From contig CAYGUY010000012.1 in assembly GCA_964353165.1 (NCBI GenBank), forward strand, positions 453 through 64,452: DNA of 64,000 bases. Reading direction: 5' to 3'. Below are positions 1-9,843 of the stretch, piece by piece. Position 1 is the stretch's first letter. Every line of letters begins with the position of its first letter. Position numbers and translations under genes: made by a program. The notes beneath the pieces were generated by a model. The model had not been told where the DNA came from and searched no databases. It worked only from the letters and a program-made list of their open reading frames with translations. The DNA comes from an uncultured Maribacter sp. (GTDB lineage: Bacteria; Bacteroidota; Bacteroidia; Flavobacteriales; Flavobacteriaceae).

Positions 1-1
1 A

Positions 2-457
2 AATGTTTACGTACCTAATAGTGGCAGCGGATTAAAACGTCTGGATTACAGACAACAATGGGATAAGGATTTTACAGCCTATTTAAAAAAGCTCTCGGAA
101 AGCAAGCCTTTGATAATTACTGGGGATTTTAACGTGGCCCATACCGAAAACGATTTGGCCAACCCTAAATCTAACTACAACAAAACCTCCGGGTTTACAC
201 AGGTGGAAATCGATGGTCTGGATACTATGATAAAAGAGCTTGATCTGGTAGATAGTTTTAGGGCAAAATACCCTACCACTTTCGATAAGTATACCTTTTG
301 GAGCATGCGCGGCGGGGCACGCTCGCGAAACGTTGGTTGGCGTTTGGATTATTTTTTGGTCAGCAAATCGCTTTGGCCCAAAGTAACATCCGCCGAAATC
401 CATGATGAGGTCATGGGAAGCGACCATTGTCCTATAAGTATTGAACTTAAATTTTAG
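2..457 (+). CDS. xth: Exodeoxyribonuclease III (5' end outside the window)
   Basis: Open frame from base 2: NVYVPNS, GDFNVAH, YTFWS, GWRLDYFLVS and GSDHCPI motifs of ExoIII/AP endonucleases. Confidence 0.93.
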   Translation, partial: NVYVPNSGSGLKRLDYRQQWDKDFTAYLKKLSESKPLIITGDFNVAHTENDLANPKSNYNKTSGFTQVEIDGLDTMIKELDLVDSFRAKYPTTFDKYTFWSMRGGARSRNVGWRLDYFLVSKSLWPKVTSAEIHDEVMGSDHCPISIELKF

Positions 458-461
458 TCTT

Positions 462-923
462 ATGTCGTTACTCATGATAGTACAGGATGTTGCCGCCATT
501 GAAAAGAAGATGGATGAAGCTCCGGATAGCGGCTATGAGATTGGGGTGGCTATTGGCACCTATTTGCCATTAGTGGTTTTCCTACTAAAAATATTCCCCA
601 ATCCAAATACAATAAAAGCTGGTAAAACCCAACCCATACTATACGTACTTAAAGGAATAAATTCTTGTATGACTCCTAATTTTTCCGTTAATCCAACAGA
701 ACCCAAAAAGTCAGGGATACTAAAAATCATAGTGGTAAGTACAACTGCCTTGAAGACGCCAGCGGAACCGTATTTCTCAGGAACCACATTCAACAGAATT
801 AGGACAATAGTAATGGGATATATGAACATCAGTGCAGGTAAAGCTACAGCGATAATGTATCCAACATCAAACTGCCCCATAACTACGCCTAGTATACATC
901 CTACAACAGTTGTTAGCATATAA
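462..923 (+). CDS. Small membrane-protein-like N-terminus (MSLLMIVQDVAAIEKKMDEAPDSGYEIGVAIGTYLPLVVF) reading on antisense into brnQ
   Basis: ATG 4 nt after the xth stop. The first ~40 aa resemble small Flavobacteriaceae membrane proteins; from about 580 the frame is simply the reverse complement of brnQ. Confidence 0.45.
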   Translation: MSLLMIVQDVAAIEKKMDEAPDSGYEIGVAIGTYLPLVVFLLKIFPNPNTIKAGKTQPILYVLKGINSCMTPNFSVNPTEPKKSGILKIIVVSTTALKTPAEPYFSGTTFNRIRTIVMGYMNISAGKATAIMYPTSNCPITTPSIHPTTVVSI

Positions 924-1843
924 GCCATATTAGAGCCTTTACATTGAGCTCGTACAAAATCCGAAGTACCCGTTACAATACCCACTGCCGTCGTAAAACA
1001 AGCTAAACTTACCAAAATGCTCAGCCCTAGATTTCCAATGGTCCCTAAACTCATGATAGCCATTCCACTGAGCAATTCGGTTCTTGTCACCGCTGCATTA
1101 AATGAGTCGTGCATTATACTGCCGGAAAAAATCAATCCAGCATAAATAAGGAAAAGGCCTAATCCCGCGAACCAGCCCGCCTTGCGAATAAGCGCTTTCT
1201 TATCGGTATAGGAAGCTTCTGTATTTTCTATATTAATGGATATGATAATGACTCCACCTACAACCACGGCACCAATGGCATCAAATGTTTGGTAGCCCTC
1301 CAAAATACCATCTGTAAATGGACTTTGAATGTTCATTTCAGAAAAATCAAATGGGAAAGAAAATAATATATTACTAATTAATAGAAGCAGTATGATAATG
1401 ATAGCGGGAGTCAATAGCTTACCTACGATATTCAGGATCTTAGATCTATTAATTACAAAAACAAACACCAAGCTAAAATAGACAACACTTGTGAGCCAAG
1501 AGGGGCTATCAAAAAAAGGCTGTATGGCCATTTCATGTGTGACCGATGCCGTTCTAGGTGATGGTAAGCTAATGGAAACGGCATAAATGATAAATGAATA
1601 GATTAAACTAAAGGTTGGGGATACCTTTTTACCAAAGTCAAAAATAGTTCCCTGGAGCTTTGCATGGGCCAGAATTCCCAATATTGGAACAAGTACGGCA
1701 GAAACACAAAACCCTAAGGCAACTAACCACCAAACATTACCCGACTTAAACCCTAAGAGTGGTGGTAGTATAAGATTGCCGGCTCCAAAGAATAAAGAGA
1801 AAAGAGCAAAGGCCGTGACTAGTATTTTTTTGGTGGAAAACAT
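560..1843 (-). CDS. brnQ: Branched-chain amino acid:cation symporter (LIVCS/BrnQ family)
   Basis: FALFSLFFGAGNLILPP, LSLPSPRTASVTHE and GYQTFDAIGA motifs; about 12 hydrophobic segments. Confidence 0.9.
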   Translation of the reverse strand: MFSTKKILVTAFALFSLFFGAGNLILPPLLGFKSGNVWWLVALGFCVSAVLVPILGILAHAKLQGTIFDFGKKVSPTFSLIYSFIIYAVSISLPSPRTASVTHEMAIQPFFDSPSWLTSVVYFSLVFVFVINRSKILNIVGKLLTPAIIIILLLLISNILFSFPFDFSEMNIQSPFTDGILEGYQTFDAIGAVVVGGVIIISINIENTEASYTDKKALIRKAGWFAGLGLFLIYAGLIFSGSIMHDSFNAAVTRTELLSGMAIMSLGTIGNLGLSILVSLACFTTAVGIVTGTSDFVRAQCKGSNMAYMLTTVVGCILGVVMGQFDVGYIIAVALPALMFIYPITIVLILLNVVPEKYGSAGVFKAVVLTTMIFSIPDFLGSVGLTEKLGVIQEFIPLSTYSMGWVLPAFIVFGLGNIFSRKTTNGK

Positions 1844-2103
1844 ATTAATTAGCTAAGGCGAAAGATAATTTAAATATAGTAAAGAGTGCCTTGTAAAATA
1901 GCACACCTATAGATTTTGGAAGTTGACAACAGGAATAGCACACATCACAACAAATTATGGTTCAGATGATTAAAATAATATATCTTGAGCCAAAATATCA
2001 GATACTTACCAATTAACCATTGGGTTTATCCTAAAAACTAAATATTGATCAAAGCATAATAAAGATTCCCAAATCGTACCGATGCTATTTAAAATCCTAC
2101 CAA

Positions 2104-2322
2104 ATGAAAAAAATATTCTGTAATATTTTTGGCCATCACTACGCTATCTCTAAAAAAGTAACTTCCCACATCAAAGAATACAAATGTATTCACTGTCAAA
2201 AGCAAGTGACTACAGATGTAAGTGGTAACCTTTCTATCCTAACACCTGAACTTCAGGATATAAACAGGACTTTAGAACATATTTACCAGAGAAGACATCA
2301 TGCTGCACAACAAGTAGCGTAA
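2104..2322 (+). CDS. Small Cys/His-containing hypothetical protein (72 aa)
   Basis: Clean ORF with CxxFGHHY and YKCxxC motifs and an AT-rich upstream region. Confidence 0.7.
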   Translation: MKKIFCNIFGHHYAISKKVTSHIKEYKCIHCQKQVTTDVSGNLSILTPELQDINRTLEHIYQRRHHAAQQVA

Positions 2323-2479
2323 TATCCCTGACGTCTAATATACATAAACTCCGTTCCCATGGCCGGTGAAGGAGTTTAATGGTTATTCCCGCGAATTAAG
2401 GAAGCAGCTTTCATCTTAACTGTCGTAACGCCCCACAACGGATAAGTAGAGATTGCCCTTGTTTTCGGGAATTTTTTGT

Positions 2480-3529
2480 TTAGTCACTTTCAAACGAATT
2501 CCAGCCCTGTGCCGTTAGCGGAATCTTTGTTTCGGCTCTTGTAACCAAGTGAGTACCTTCCGATGCTTGGGTCATATGCCCAATGATAGTCAAACTTGGA
2601 TTTCCTTTAATTTTCGGAAAATCGGATTGATCCACAGTAAACAACAATTCATAATCCTCCCCACCGCTCAAAGCGATCATGGTGCTATCTACCTGAAATT
2701 CTTCACAACTAGAAATCACTGTGGGATCTAAGGGAATTTTATCCTCGAATAAATTACAACCAACCTTGCTGTTTTTACAAAGGTGTAATATCTCTGAGGA
2801 GAGACCGTCACTAATATCAATCATTGATGTAGGCTGCACGTCCAATTGTTCAAGCAAAGCAATAATATCCTTTCTTGCCTCCGGCTTTAGTTGGCGTTCT
2901 ACGATATAAGAGTACGGTTCAAGATCTGGTTGGCTGTTCGGATTAACTTTAAAAACTTCTTTTTCACGTTCTAACACTTGTAACCCCATATAGGCACCTC
3001 CTAAATCTCCGCTAACGACTAATAAGTCGTTTGGTTTTGCTCCCGAGCGATATGTGATTTTATCCTGATCTACTTGGCCAATCGCTGTAATGCTTATTAT
3101 TAATCCTGTCTTGGACGAAGTGGTATCGCCACCAACCAAATCTACCCCAAATGCTTTACAAGCCGTTGCAATACCAGCATATAATTCTTCCAAGGCTTCT
3201 AGTGGAAACCGATTGGAAACTGCAATGGATAAGGTAATTTGTGTAGCGGTAGCGTTCATTGCATATACGTCGCTCAAATTAACCATGACCGACTTATAAC
3301 CTAAATGTTTCAGGGGCATATAGCTAAGGTCAAAATGTACGCCTTCAATAAGTAAATCGGTGGTCATTACTGTTTTCTTATCAGTAAAGTCAAGTACTGC
3401 GGCATCATCCCCAATTCCTTTCAATGTTGATTTATGGGTAACCCCGAAATCTTTGGTCAAATGGTCTATAAGTCCAAATTCACCTAATTTCTCCAATGAG
3501 GTAAGTTCCTTATTCTTGTTTTCTAGCAT
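2480..3529 (-). CDS. thiL: Thiamine-monophosphate kinase
   Basis: LGEFGLI, GIGDDAAV, NLSDVYAM, GGDT, IDISDGL and GGEDYELLFT motifs. Confidence 0.95.
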   Translation of the reverse strand: MLENKNKELTSLEKLGEFGLIDHLTKDFGVTHKSTLKGIGDDAAVLDFTDKKTVMTTDLLIEGVHFDLSYMPLKHLGYKSVMVNLSDVYAMNATATQITLSIAVSNRFPLEALEELYAGIATACKAFGVDLVGGDTTSSKTGLIISITAIGQVDQDKITYRSGAKPNDLLVVSGDLGGAYMGLQVLEREKEVFKVNPNSQPDLEPYSYIVERQLKPEARKDIIALLEQLDVQPTSMIDISDGLSSEILHLCKNSKVGCNLFEDKIPLDPTVISSCEEFQVDSTMIALSGGEDYELLFTVDQSDFPKIKGNPSLTIIGHMTQASEGTHLVTRAETKIPLTAQGWNSFESD

Positions 3530-3567
3530 GCTACAAAAGTACGCAGTTACGGCAAATTGTCGGACAT

Positions 3568-3597
3568 AAAAAAACCGAAGTACGATACTTCGGTTTT
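3568..3597 (-). terminator. Intrinsic terminator after the Gfo/Idh/MocA gene (symmetric hairpin)
   Basis: AAAACCGAAGTA-cga-TACTTCGGTTTT with a longer A tract on the left. Confidence 0.8.
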
Positions 3598-3621
3598 AAT
3601 TAATTCTTGTTAAATGTATTA

Positions 3622-5079
3622 TTATCCTAGTGAGTAACCATTACTGTACGTACGTTTTACATATTTGTTAGCAGGCTCGAAATTTGTCACTTTCATGTTT
3701 TCCGCATCCCATTGTAAACGTTTTCTACCATGATACTGTTTTCCTCCACCCCAGAAACTTTGGTTCTCTACACTAGGGTCTACTTCAAAATACGCTTTTA
3801 GCGCCAAGTTTCCGATAAGGATACTTTCTGTAAATGGTCCAGCATAATCGAAAGAAGAACTGGTCTCTGCGTTTCCATATCCTGCCATACATGCGTTAAC
3901 CCATTGCAAGTAATGACCTTCTGGTACACGGGCGATAGTTTCTTCAACTTCAAACTGTTCGTTAAGGCTTAGTGGTAGTAGTCTAGGATTGGCGCCATAA
4001 CAATCTGCCAATAATTTTCCTTTATTTCCAATGAACAAAACTCCACCATCCCAGTTTCCTAATGCCTCATCATCTCCAAGTTCTTCAGGTCTTTCAGGTA
4101 ATAGTCCACCATCCATCCAAGTTACCTTTATTTTTCCGTTACCGTCAGTTCTCGGGTAGCTGAGATGTATCTTACTTGAACTCGGGAAACTTTTTGGGTA
4201 ATCCCTATATGCAAAGTTGCCACTAAACGAATCGGAAATACTGCATTCAAAGGTATCTGGGTATAAGATTGGTAATATTCGGTAAACTGGATCCATTATA
4301 TGGCAGGCCATATCGCCTAGGGCACCTGTTCCAAAATCCGACCATCCTCTCCAGTCGAAAGGAAGGTAGGCATTATTGTAATCTCTCTTTTCTGCAGTTC
4401 CCAACCAAAGGTCCCAATTGAGCCCTTTAGGAATTTTATCCTTTTTAGCCGGTGTTTGCAATGCCTGAGGCCATATAGCACGGTTGGTCCAACATTTTAC
4501 AGTATGTACATCCCCAATGATGCCAGTATCGTAAATCTCCTTCATTTTACGAACTCCATCACCTGATCCTCCTTGATTTCCCATTTGGGTAACCACTTTA
4601 AACTTTTTCGCTGCTTCTGTAAGCATACGGGCCTCCCAAATATCGTGGGTCAACGGCTTTTGCACATAAACATGTTTTCCCATGGACATTGCTTGGTAAG
4701 CGGCAACAGCATGGTTGTGGTCTGGGGTAGATACGGAAACGGCATCAATATTGTTTCCTTCCTTCTCCAACATTTCTCTAAAATCGTGATAATAGCTTGC
4801 TTTCGGATATGCCTTTCTAGAATCAATTGATTGGCGATCGTCTACATCACAAAGTGAGACAATGTTCACATTTGGACTTTCCGCAAAAGAGGACAAGTCA
4901 CTTTTTCCTTTGCCGCCCGCACCAATACCGGCGATGTTTAGTTTGTCACTCGGTGCTACATAGCCCTGTCCGCCCAGGACGTGTCTAGGTACGATCATAA
5001 ATCCAGCAGCAGCAATAGTCGATTTTTTCACGAACGATCTTCTTGATTCGTTCTTAAGAATTGAAGGTTTTTTTACCAT
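3622..5079 (-). CDS. Gfo/Idh/MocA family oxidoreductase with twin-arginine signal
   Basis: SRRSFVK Tat-like motif, GIGAGGKG Rossmann motif, STPDHNH, HVYVQKPL, GALGDMACH. Confidence 0.9.
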   Translation of the reverse strand: MVKKPSILKNESRRSFVKKSTIAAAGFMIVPRHVLGGQGYVAPSDKLNIAGIGAGGKGKSDLSSFAESPNVNIVSLCDVDDRQSIDSRKAYPKASYYHDFREMLEKEGNNIDAVSVSTPDHNHAVAAYQAMSMGKHVYVQKPLTHDIWEARMLTEAAKKFKVVTQMGNQGGSGDGVRKMKEIYDTGIIGDVHTVKCWTNRAIWPQALQTPAKKDKIPKGLNWDLWLGTAEKRDYNNAYLPFDWRGWSDFGTGALGDMACHIMDPVYRILPILYPDTFECSISDSFSGNFAYRDYPKSFPSSSKIHLSYPRTDGNGKIKVTWMDGGLLPERPEELGDDEALGNWDGGVLFIGNKGKLLADCYGANPRLLPLSLNEQFEVEETIARVPEGHYLQWVNACMAGYGNAETSSSFDYAGPFTESILIGNLALKAYFEVDPSVENQSFWGGGKQYHGRKRLQWDAENMKVTNFEPANKYVKRTYSNGYSLG

Positions 5080-5225
5080 AATTATATAGTGCTTGTTGTA
5101 GAAATTAAAAAGAAAGTTGAATATAATTAAATTATTTGTAATCTCGTAACGAAGTTATTGGATATTTGATACTTCTGTCGCTGTATTTCATATTTTTACA
5201 AGAAGCAGATGACAAATAAAATGAT

Positions 5226-6473
5226 ATGAAAAAAGTTATTCAAACTTATATTCTTATTTCTCTACTATTTTCTTGTTCTAACGGTGACGATGCATCTTCC
5301 GCTAACGATAGTGCATCCATCATAGATGAAGAAGGTATGGATTCATCTACTACCTTTTTGCCCTGTGAGAATGGTATGGCAGGGGAATACCCTTGTGATG
5401 GATACGATTTGCTCGGCAGGATTTCTTTACAGGAATTTGATAGCGATTCAGGAAACGATATTTGGGGATGGACCGATGCCATCACCGGAAAAGAATATGC
5501 CTTGATGGGTCTTGATGATGGTACCGCTTTTATCGATATATCCGATACAGAAAGTTTAACATACTTGGGAAAATTACCCACGGCTACAACTGCTAGTCCT
5601 TGGCGGGATATTAAGGTTTATCAGGATTTCGCTTACATTGTTGCCGAGGCAAATAACCATGGGGTTCAAGTGTTTGATCTAACCAAATTGCGTAATGTAA
5701 GCAATCCGCCAGCCGTATTTTCGTCCGATTTTAGGTACGATGCCATAGGAAATGCCCACAACATTGTCATCAACGAGGAAACGGGTTTTGCCTATCCGGT
5801 AGGTACGAATCGTAATGACGAATTTAACGGAGGGGTTCATTTTTTGGATTTAGGTAATCCAGCAGTACCCATAGCAGCAGGCGGTTGGGGAGTAAATGGT
5901 TATACGCATGATGCGCAGGTCGTAAGCTATACAGGTCCGGATGCCGATTACAGCGGCGCGGAAATCTTTATAGGCGCCAATGAAAATGAGGTGGCAATTG
6001 TAGATATTTCCCAGAAAAATACCCCAGTTACCATTGCTACACTACAATATCCTTTTATTGGGTATACGCACCAGGGTTGGTTTACAGAGGATCAGCGTTA
6101 TTTTATCCTTGGCGATGAACTGGATGAGATCAACTCCGGATTTAGCTCCCGAACCTTAATATTCGACATGACAGACTTGGACAATCCCGTTTTACACGAT
6201 ACGTATTTGGGACCAACAAGCGCTATTGACCACAACGGTTATGTGGTAGGCGATGCATTTTTTCTTGCCAATTACACGGCAGGAGTCCGTGTTTTGGATA
6301 TTTCTGGAATAGCGGACAGGTCTATTTCCGAAAGTGGTTTTTTTGACACTTTTCCAGCAAACGATAACACCCAGTTTGACGGTGTTTGGAGCGTATATCC
6401 CTTTTTTGAAAGCGGCAAAATTCTCATAAGCGATATCAATCGTGGATTATTTATAGTCAAAAAATCGGAGTAA
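5226..6473 (+). CDS. Choice-of-anchor B family lipoprotein (LVIVD-like repeats)
   Basis: Lipobox LFSC; PCENGMAGEYPC, NDIWGWTD, WRDIKVY, YTHDAQ, YTHQGW, HNGYV, GVWSVYPFF motifs. Confidence 0.8.
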   Translation: MKKVIQTYILISLLFSCSNGDDASSANDSASIIDEEGMDSSTTFLPCENGMAGEYPCDGYDLLGRISLQEFDSDSGNDIWGWTDAITGKEYALMGLDDGTAFIDISDTESLTYLGKLPTATTASPWRDIKVYQDFAYIVAEANNHGVQVFDLTKLRNVSNPPAVFSSDFRYDAIGNAHNIVINEETGFAYPVGTNRNDEFNGGVHFLDLGNPAVPIAAGGWGVNGYTHDAQVVSYTGPDADYSGAEIFIGANENEVAIVDISQKNTPVTIATLQYPFIGYTHQGWFTEDQRYFILGDELDEINSGFSSRTLIFDMTDLDNPVLHDTYLGPTSAIDHNGYVVGDAFFLANYTAGVRVLDISGIADRSISESGFFDTFPANDNTQFDGVWSVYPFFESGKILISDINRGLFIVKKSE

Positions 6474-6476
6474 GCT

Positions 6477-7820
6477 ATGCGATATATTTTACTTTTTATA
6501 ATCGGATTTTTCTTTTTTTCCTGTGAAAAGGAAGATGAGTTGGGCATGCCGGATCTTGGTCAAAATACATTTTTGGGGGAAGTGGCATGGATAAAAACAT
6601 TTGGCGGTACCGGGGAGGAAACTGCACAAGCGATTATAAGCACACTAGATGGCGGTTATGCGGTACTAGGATTTACGAATAGTACAGACGGAGATATTCA
6701 AAACAAATCGATTCCCGTAAACGATTACTGGTTGTTAAAGTTTGATGCCGAAGGAAATCTTCAATGGAACAAAACCTATGGCGGTAGCAAGGATGATCGA
6801 GGGCAAAGTTTGGTACAGACCCAAGATGGTGGTTTTGCCTTGACCGGTTATGCCATGAGCGATGACGGCGATGGTTCCGTAAATAATGGATTTCATGATA
6901 ATTGGGTCATAAAGGTCGATGCCCAAGGCGAATTGCAATGGGAAAAGAGTTTTGGATTTTCTGGGCATGACCATTCGTATGACATTATAGAGACACTAGA
7001 TAGTGGTTTGTTTTTTACTGGTTTTTTAGACATTACATCGGCGAGGGCGGACGGTCTTACTGAAAAGCATGGTTCATTGACCAGACATGGGGTCGGGGAA
7101 TTTTGGGGCACTAAAATCGATGCTACCGGAGCATTACAATGGCGAGGCTACTTTGGAGGTACCAACAATGACAGGGCACATGCCGTAGTGCAATCGGATG
7201 ACGGTGGTTTTGTAATGACAGGGTTTTCTGAGAGCAATGACTTTGATATCAGCAGTACCCAAGGTAGTTATGATTTTTGGATGGTAAAGATAGATAGTAA
7301 TGGAAACCTGCTGTGGGAGCGTTCCTTCGGTGGCTCCGGAATAGAGATTTCCTATGATATCTCTAAAACCTTGGACGGTGGCTATGTCATCACGGGAAAT
7401 ACCTTTAGCACGGATGGCGATATAGCCAAAACCAACGGAGAATCCGACATTTGGTTGGTAAAGGTCGATAAAGACGGGAAAATGATTTGGGAACATACCT
7501 ACGGCGGTTCTGGATTCGACGCTGCACAAGCAGTCATTGCAAGTAAAAATGGAGGCTATTTTATAGTCGGAAATTCCAAAAGTACCAACAAGGATACGAC
7601 TGCTAATTATGGCGAAAATGATATTTGGTTGATAAAAACGGATGCTAGTGGAAACCTTGTATGGCAAAAATCGTTTGGCGGTTCGGGGTTTGATTTTGGC
7701 TTTGATGTCGTAGATCATCCGGACGGCAGTATTGTTCTGGTAGGGAAAATGGCAAGCAGCGATGTAGAAGGTGTGGTATCCAAAGGAAAATCGGATATTG
7801 TGATGATTAAAGTGAGGTAA
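6477..7820 (+). CDS. Lipoprotein with repeated W.K.(F/Y)GG(S/T)..D units (probable beta-propeller)
   Basis: Lipobox FFSC; about 7 internal repeats of the form DxW(L/V)xKxDxxGxxxWxKxFGGSxxD. Confidence 0.8.
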   Translation: MRYILLFIIGFFFFSCEKEDELGMPDLGQNTFLGEVAWIKTFGGTGEETAQAIISTLDGGYAVLGFTNSTDGDIQNKSIPVNDYWLLKFDAEGNLQWNKTYGGSKDDRGQSLVQTQDGGFALTGYAMSDDGDGSVNNGFHDNWVIKVDAQGELQWEKSFGFSGHDHSYDIIETLDSGLFFTGFLDITSARADGLTEKHGSLTRHGVGEFWGTKIDATGALQWRGYFGGTNNDRAHAVVQSDDGGFVMTGFSESNDFDISSTQGSYDFWMVKIDSNGNLLWERSFGGSGIEISYDISKTLDGGYVITGNTFSTDGDIAKTNGESDIWLVKVDKDGKMIWEHTYGGSGFDAAQAVIASKNGGYFIVGNSKSTNKDTTANYGENDIWLIKTDASGNLVWQKSFGGSGFDFGFDVVDHPDGSIVLVGKMASSDVEGVVSKGKSDIVMIKVR

Positions 7821-7909
7821 GGGGACTGCCGATACCATCCATAAAAAAACCCTATGCAGTTATATGTTATAAAAATGTTAGGTTTTATGGAATAGCGGGA
7901 CTTATCACA

Positions 7910-7917
7910 TATATTTG
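7910..7917 (+). promoter_or_regulatory. Bacteroidota -7 promoter box of the suf operon
   Basis: TATATTTG matches TAnnTTTG, 30 nt upstream of the sufA ATG. Confidence 0.65.
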
Positions 7918-7922
7918 TAAAC

Positions 7923-7943
7923 TATTTAGACCAAATCCAATTA
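7923..7943. promoter_or_regulatory. Degenerate palindromic operator (TATTTAGA-N5-TCCAATTA)
   Basis: Two mismatches in the right arm relative to the perfect palindrome at 54369-54389; lies just downstream of the -7 box. Confidence 0.4.
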
Positions 7944-7947
7944 AGAG

Positions 7948-8277
7948 ATGATTCAAGTATCTGAAACGGCAAAAAAGAAAGTCATAGACCTCATGACAGA
8001 GGGTGGCTTTGATGCAGCCAAGGATTATGTTCGTGTAGGCGTAAAAAGCGGCGGATGCAGCGGCTTGTCCTACGAACTGGATTTTGACAACAAAGTCCAA
8101 GAGAGCGATAAACTTTTCGAAGACAACAATGTACGTATCGTAGTAGATAAAAAGAGTTTTTTATATTTAGTGGGTACAGTTTTGGAGTACTCGGGAGGCT
8201 TGAACGGCAAGGGATTTGTTTTTAACAATCCCAATGCCCAACGTACCTGCGGTTGCGGGGAGAGTTTTTCGTTGTAG
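7948..8277 (+). CDS. sufA: A-type Fe-S carrier (HesB/IscA/SufA family)
   Basis: GGCSGLSY and CGCGESF motifs; first gene of the suf operon. Confidence 0.92.
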   Translation: MIQVSETAKKKVIDLMTEGGFDAAKDYVRVGVKSGGCSGLSYELDFDNKVQESDKLFEDNNVRIVVDKKSFLYLVGTVLEYSGGLNGKGFVFNNPNAQRTCGCGESFSL

Positions 8278-8367
8278 ACCTTAATAGTGGTTAGATTGAG
8301 AGCTTTTAGGATTCTAAATAGATGAGATTTAAGATTGTGAAGTAATAAATTATAATAAGAACAAATT

Positions 8368-8393
8368 CTCCCTTTGGGGGATAAAAGGGGGCT
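8368..8393 (+). repeat. G/C-tract REP-like element, family 1, copy 1
   Basis: CTCCCTTTGGGGGATAAAAGGGGGCT; related copies at 9844-9867 (inverted) and 51369-51390. Confidence 0.6.
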
Positions 8394-8394
8394 T

Positions 8395-9840
8395 ATGGCA
8401 TATACGGAAGAGGAATTAAAGAAAGAGCTGGAAACAAAGGAGTATGAGTACGGGTTTTACACAGACCTAAAGTCGGAAACTTTTCCAAAGGGCTTGAACG
8501 AGGATATTGTGAGGGCTATTTCCAAAAAGAAAAACGAGCCGGAATGGATGACGGAGTGGCGCATAGATGCCTATCGTATTTGGGAGCAAATGGAAGAACC
8601 GGAATGGGCAAACGTCCGTTACGAAAAACCTGATTTCCAAGCGATCAGCTATTATTCCGCACCAAAACCCCCGGACCCGAACAAAAGCTTGGACGATGTA
8701 GACCCAGAACTGTTGGAGATGTACCGTAAGCTGGGTATATCCGTAGATGAGCAAAAAAAATTGCAGAACGTGGCGGTAGATATCGTAGTAGATTCTGTTT
8801 CTGTAGCCACTACATTTCAGAAAACACTCGCAGAAAAGGGAATTATTTTTATGCCTATCTCAGAAGCGATTCAAAAACACCCGGATTTGGTTCAAAAATA
8901 TATGGGTACGGTAATCCCTAAAAAGGACAACTTCTACGCAGCATTGAATTCCGCTGTTTTTACAGATGGTTCTTTTTGTTACATCCCAAAGGGAGTCCGT
9001 TGCCCAATGGAGCTTTCTACGTATTTTAGAATTAACGAGGGAGGTACGGGACAGTTTGAGCGTACCTTGGTTATAGCTGACGAGAGTAGCTACGTAAGTT
9101 ATTTAGAGGGTTGTACGGCGCCATCACGAGATGAAAATCAATTGCATGCCGCTGTTGTAGAGCTTATAGCCTTGGACGACGCTGAAATCAAATACTCGAC
9201 TGTACAGAACTGGTATCCTGGAAATAAGGAAGGTAAAGGCGGAGTTTACAATTTTGTTACGAAAAGAGGACTTTGTGAAAATCGTTCCAAAATCTCATGG
9301 ACTCAAGTAGAAACAGGTTCAGCAGTTACTTGGAAATATCCTTCTTGTGTGCTAAAAGGTGATAATTCCATTGGAGAGTTCTATTCGATTGCCGTAACCA
9401 ATAACTATCAGCAAGCGGATACGGGTACCAAAATGATTCACTTAGGAAAAAACACCAGGAGTACGATCATATCCAAGGGAATATCAGCCGGAAAATCACA
9501 AAACAGCTACAGGGGATTGGTGCACATCAGTTCCAGGGCAGAGAACGCTAGAAACTTTTCGCAATGTGATTCTTTATTAATGGGCAACGAATGCGGGGCA
9601 CATACATTTCCATATATCGAAGCAAAAAACAAAACGGCGCAGGTAGAACACGAGGCAACTACCAGTAAAATTGGCGAGGACCAAATTTTCTACTGTAACC
9701 AAAGGGGCATAGATACCGAAAAAGCCATTGCCTTGATCGTTAACGGTTTTAGTAAGGAAGTATTGAACAAGTTACCAATGGAATTTGCAGTGGAAGCGCA
9801 AAAATTATTGGAAATAAGTCTGGAAGGATCTGTAGGGTAA
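8395..9840 (+). CDS. sufB: Fe-S cluster assembly scaffold SufB
   Basis: [17 protein letters not shown]-like segment, [49 protein letters not shown]. Start taken at ATG 8395. Confidence 0.97.
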   Translation: MAYTEEELKKELETKEYEYGFYTDLKSETFPKGLNEDIVRAISKKKNEPEWMTEWRIDAYRIWEQMEEPEWANVRYEKPDFQAISYYSAPKPPDPNKSLDDVDPELLEMYRKLGISVDEQKKLQNVAVDIVVDSVSVATTFQKTLAEKGIIFMPISEAIQKHPDLVQKYMGTVIPKKDNFYAALNSAVFTDGSFCYIPKGVRCPMELSTYFRINEGGTGQFERTLVIADESSYVSYLEGCTAPSRDENQLHAAVVELIALDDAEIKYSTVQNWYPGNKEGKGGVYNFVTKRGLCENRSKISWTQVETGSAVTWKYPSCVLKGDNSIGEFYSIAVTNNYQQADTGTKMIHLGKNTRSTIISKGISAGKSQNSYRGLVHISSRAENARNFSQCDSLLMGNECGAHTFPYIEAKNKTAQVEHEATTSKIGEDQIFYCNQRGIDTEKAIALIVNGFSKEVLNKLPMEFAVEAQKLLEISLEGSVG

Positions 9841-9843
9841 TAA

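Noticed and set aside
1897-1943. AATAGCACAC direct repeat, 37 nt apart
   Set aside because: Only two 10-mers in AT-rich DNA; insufficient support for a binding site.
2323-2479. GC-richer spacer with protein-like minus-strand fragments
   Set aside because: Multiple stops in all frames and no recognisable family.
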